From an uncultured delta proteobacterium (GTDB lineage Bacteria; Myxococcota; Myxococcia; Myxococcales; Anaeromyxobacteraceae): 64,000 bases of DNA. Within the stretch, counting starts at the first letter, position 1. Every line of letters begins with the position of its first letter. Positions 63,145-64,000 of this stretch are shown piece by piece. Below the pieces are notes generated by a model. That model ran no database searches. It was not told the origin of the DNA and saw nothing but the letters and a program-made list of their open reading frames with translations. The stretch covers positions 32,001-96,000 of the forward strand of contig CAWHDZ010000021.1 in assembly GCA_963828255.1 (NCBI GenBank). The letters run 5' to 3'. A program made the translations under genes and the position numbers.

Positions 63145-63999
63145 CTACGGCCGGAAGACGAAGCGGTCCACCGCCGCGGCCTGCACGTCGGCTGCGGTCC
63201 AGGGCTGCTCGCCCGGCGCGTTCGAGAGCCAGAGCGGGATCTGGTTCTGGTAGCTCGGGTCCTGGACGAAGTCGGCGGCGCCGCCGGGGACGACCGCCCG
63301 CCAGACCACGTTTCCCGTGGCGATCATCTCGGCCGAGAACCGGACGTTGGGGCCGGCGCGCTGGAAGAAGCCGTTCCCGCCGTCGTCGTTCCAGGAGAAG
63401 TTGGCGACGTCGACGGTGTAGAGGCCGCCGTCGTTGGCGAAGGGGCCGTGGTTGAAGAAGGACACACCGGCGCTGGCGAGCAGGCTGTCGAAGGTGGCCC
63501 GGTGCTTGCGCCCCCAGATCCAGTCGGACGGGAGTGCGCTGCCGAAGGCCTCGACGGACGAGAGGAAGTCCACCGTGTCCTCGAGCGCGGCCACGACGGC
63601 GGGGGCGTACAGCGAGACCGGGCACTGGCTCTGCAGGCAGGTGTAGAGCGGCACCGCCGGCGTTCCCCCGGCCGCGTACTGGGAGAGGGCCGCCAGGTAC
63701 TTGGCCGCCGTCTGCCCGCCGGTCAAGGAGAGGAAGGTTCGGGTGTCGAGGGCCTGGCCTCCGACCTCCACGGAGCTCAGGGGGCCGTCGAGCAGGCGCG
63801 CCGCCAGGCGTGGGACGAGCGCGTGGAAGAGCATCGAGGCGTTGGAGGCCGCCACCACCTCGGCGTCGGTGGAAGCGGCGCCGGCCGGGTTGGTCGACGA
63901 GAGCCCGGTGGGCGTGGTGTAGCGGCGGGCGTTCGTTCCACTCGACCAGTGGGTGAGCAGGTCCACCGCGGGCTGGAGCCCCTTCGCCGTGATCTCCGC
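63145..63999 (-). CDS. Penicillin acylase family (Ntn hydrolase) protein, C-terminal part; runs off the window edge
   Basis: WIWGRKH, GPFANDGGLYTVD, GPNVRF, PGG...PSYQNQIPLW. Confidence 0.75.
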   Translation of the reverse strand, partial: AEITAKGLQPAVDLLTHWSSGTNARRYTTPTGLSSTNPAGAASTDAEVVAASNASMLFHALVPRLAARLLDGPLSSVEVGGQALDTRTFLSLTGGQTAAKYLAALSQYAAGGTPAVPLYTCLQSQCPVSLYAPAVVAALEDTVDFLSSVEAFGSALPSDWIWGRKHRATFDSLLASAGVSFFNHGPFANDGGLYTVDVANFSWNDDGGNGFFQRAGPNVRFSAEMIATGNVVWRAVVPGGAADFVQDPSYQNQIPLWLSNAPGEQPWTAADVQAAAVDRFVFRP

Positions 64000-64000
64000 G

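Overview
Very GC-rich bacterial chromosome segment, most consistent with an Anaeromyxobacter-like member of the Myxococcota (tgl, an NmpRSTU-type signalling module, sigma54-style promoters). It is mostly housekeeping: phr, metX-hom fusion, mobB/moeA, tatA, cls, tatD, metG, holA/holB, divIVA, polA, glyQS, recO, tgl, queE, pyrD, rimI, DnaJ-class chaperone, plsB, CoA transferase, ppa, cysE, uvrC, uvrB. I found no rRNA, tRNA or CRISPR array. Four observations stand out. (1) A ~600 bp cassette between divIVA and polA holds a four-helix-bundle (Avd/IVP-like) gene, a ~128 nt near-perfect hairpin covering its RBS, and two related 13-mer tandem arrays in opposite orientation at its ends. (2) A globin-coupled kinase to sigma54-activator module comes with a readable local regulon: paired CGCA-N5-TGCG sites and -24/-12 elements upstream of a Cys-rich Crp/Fnr gene, a DksA-like gene and the activator itself, plus an orphan antisense-facing sigma54 element. 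(3) An HNH endonuclease gene with a hairpin-rich leader sits between uvrC and uvrB. (4) Three single-base frameshifts in G/C homopolymers (mobB, HD nuclease, polA) are most likely assembly errors. All assignments come from reading motifs by eye; no searches were run.
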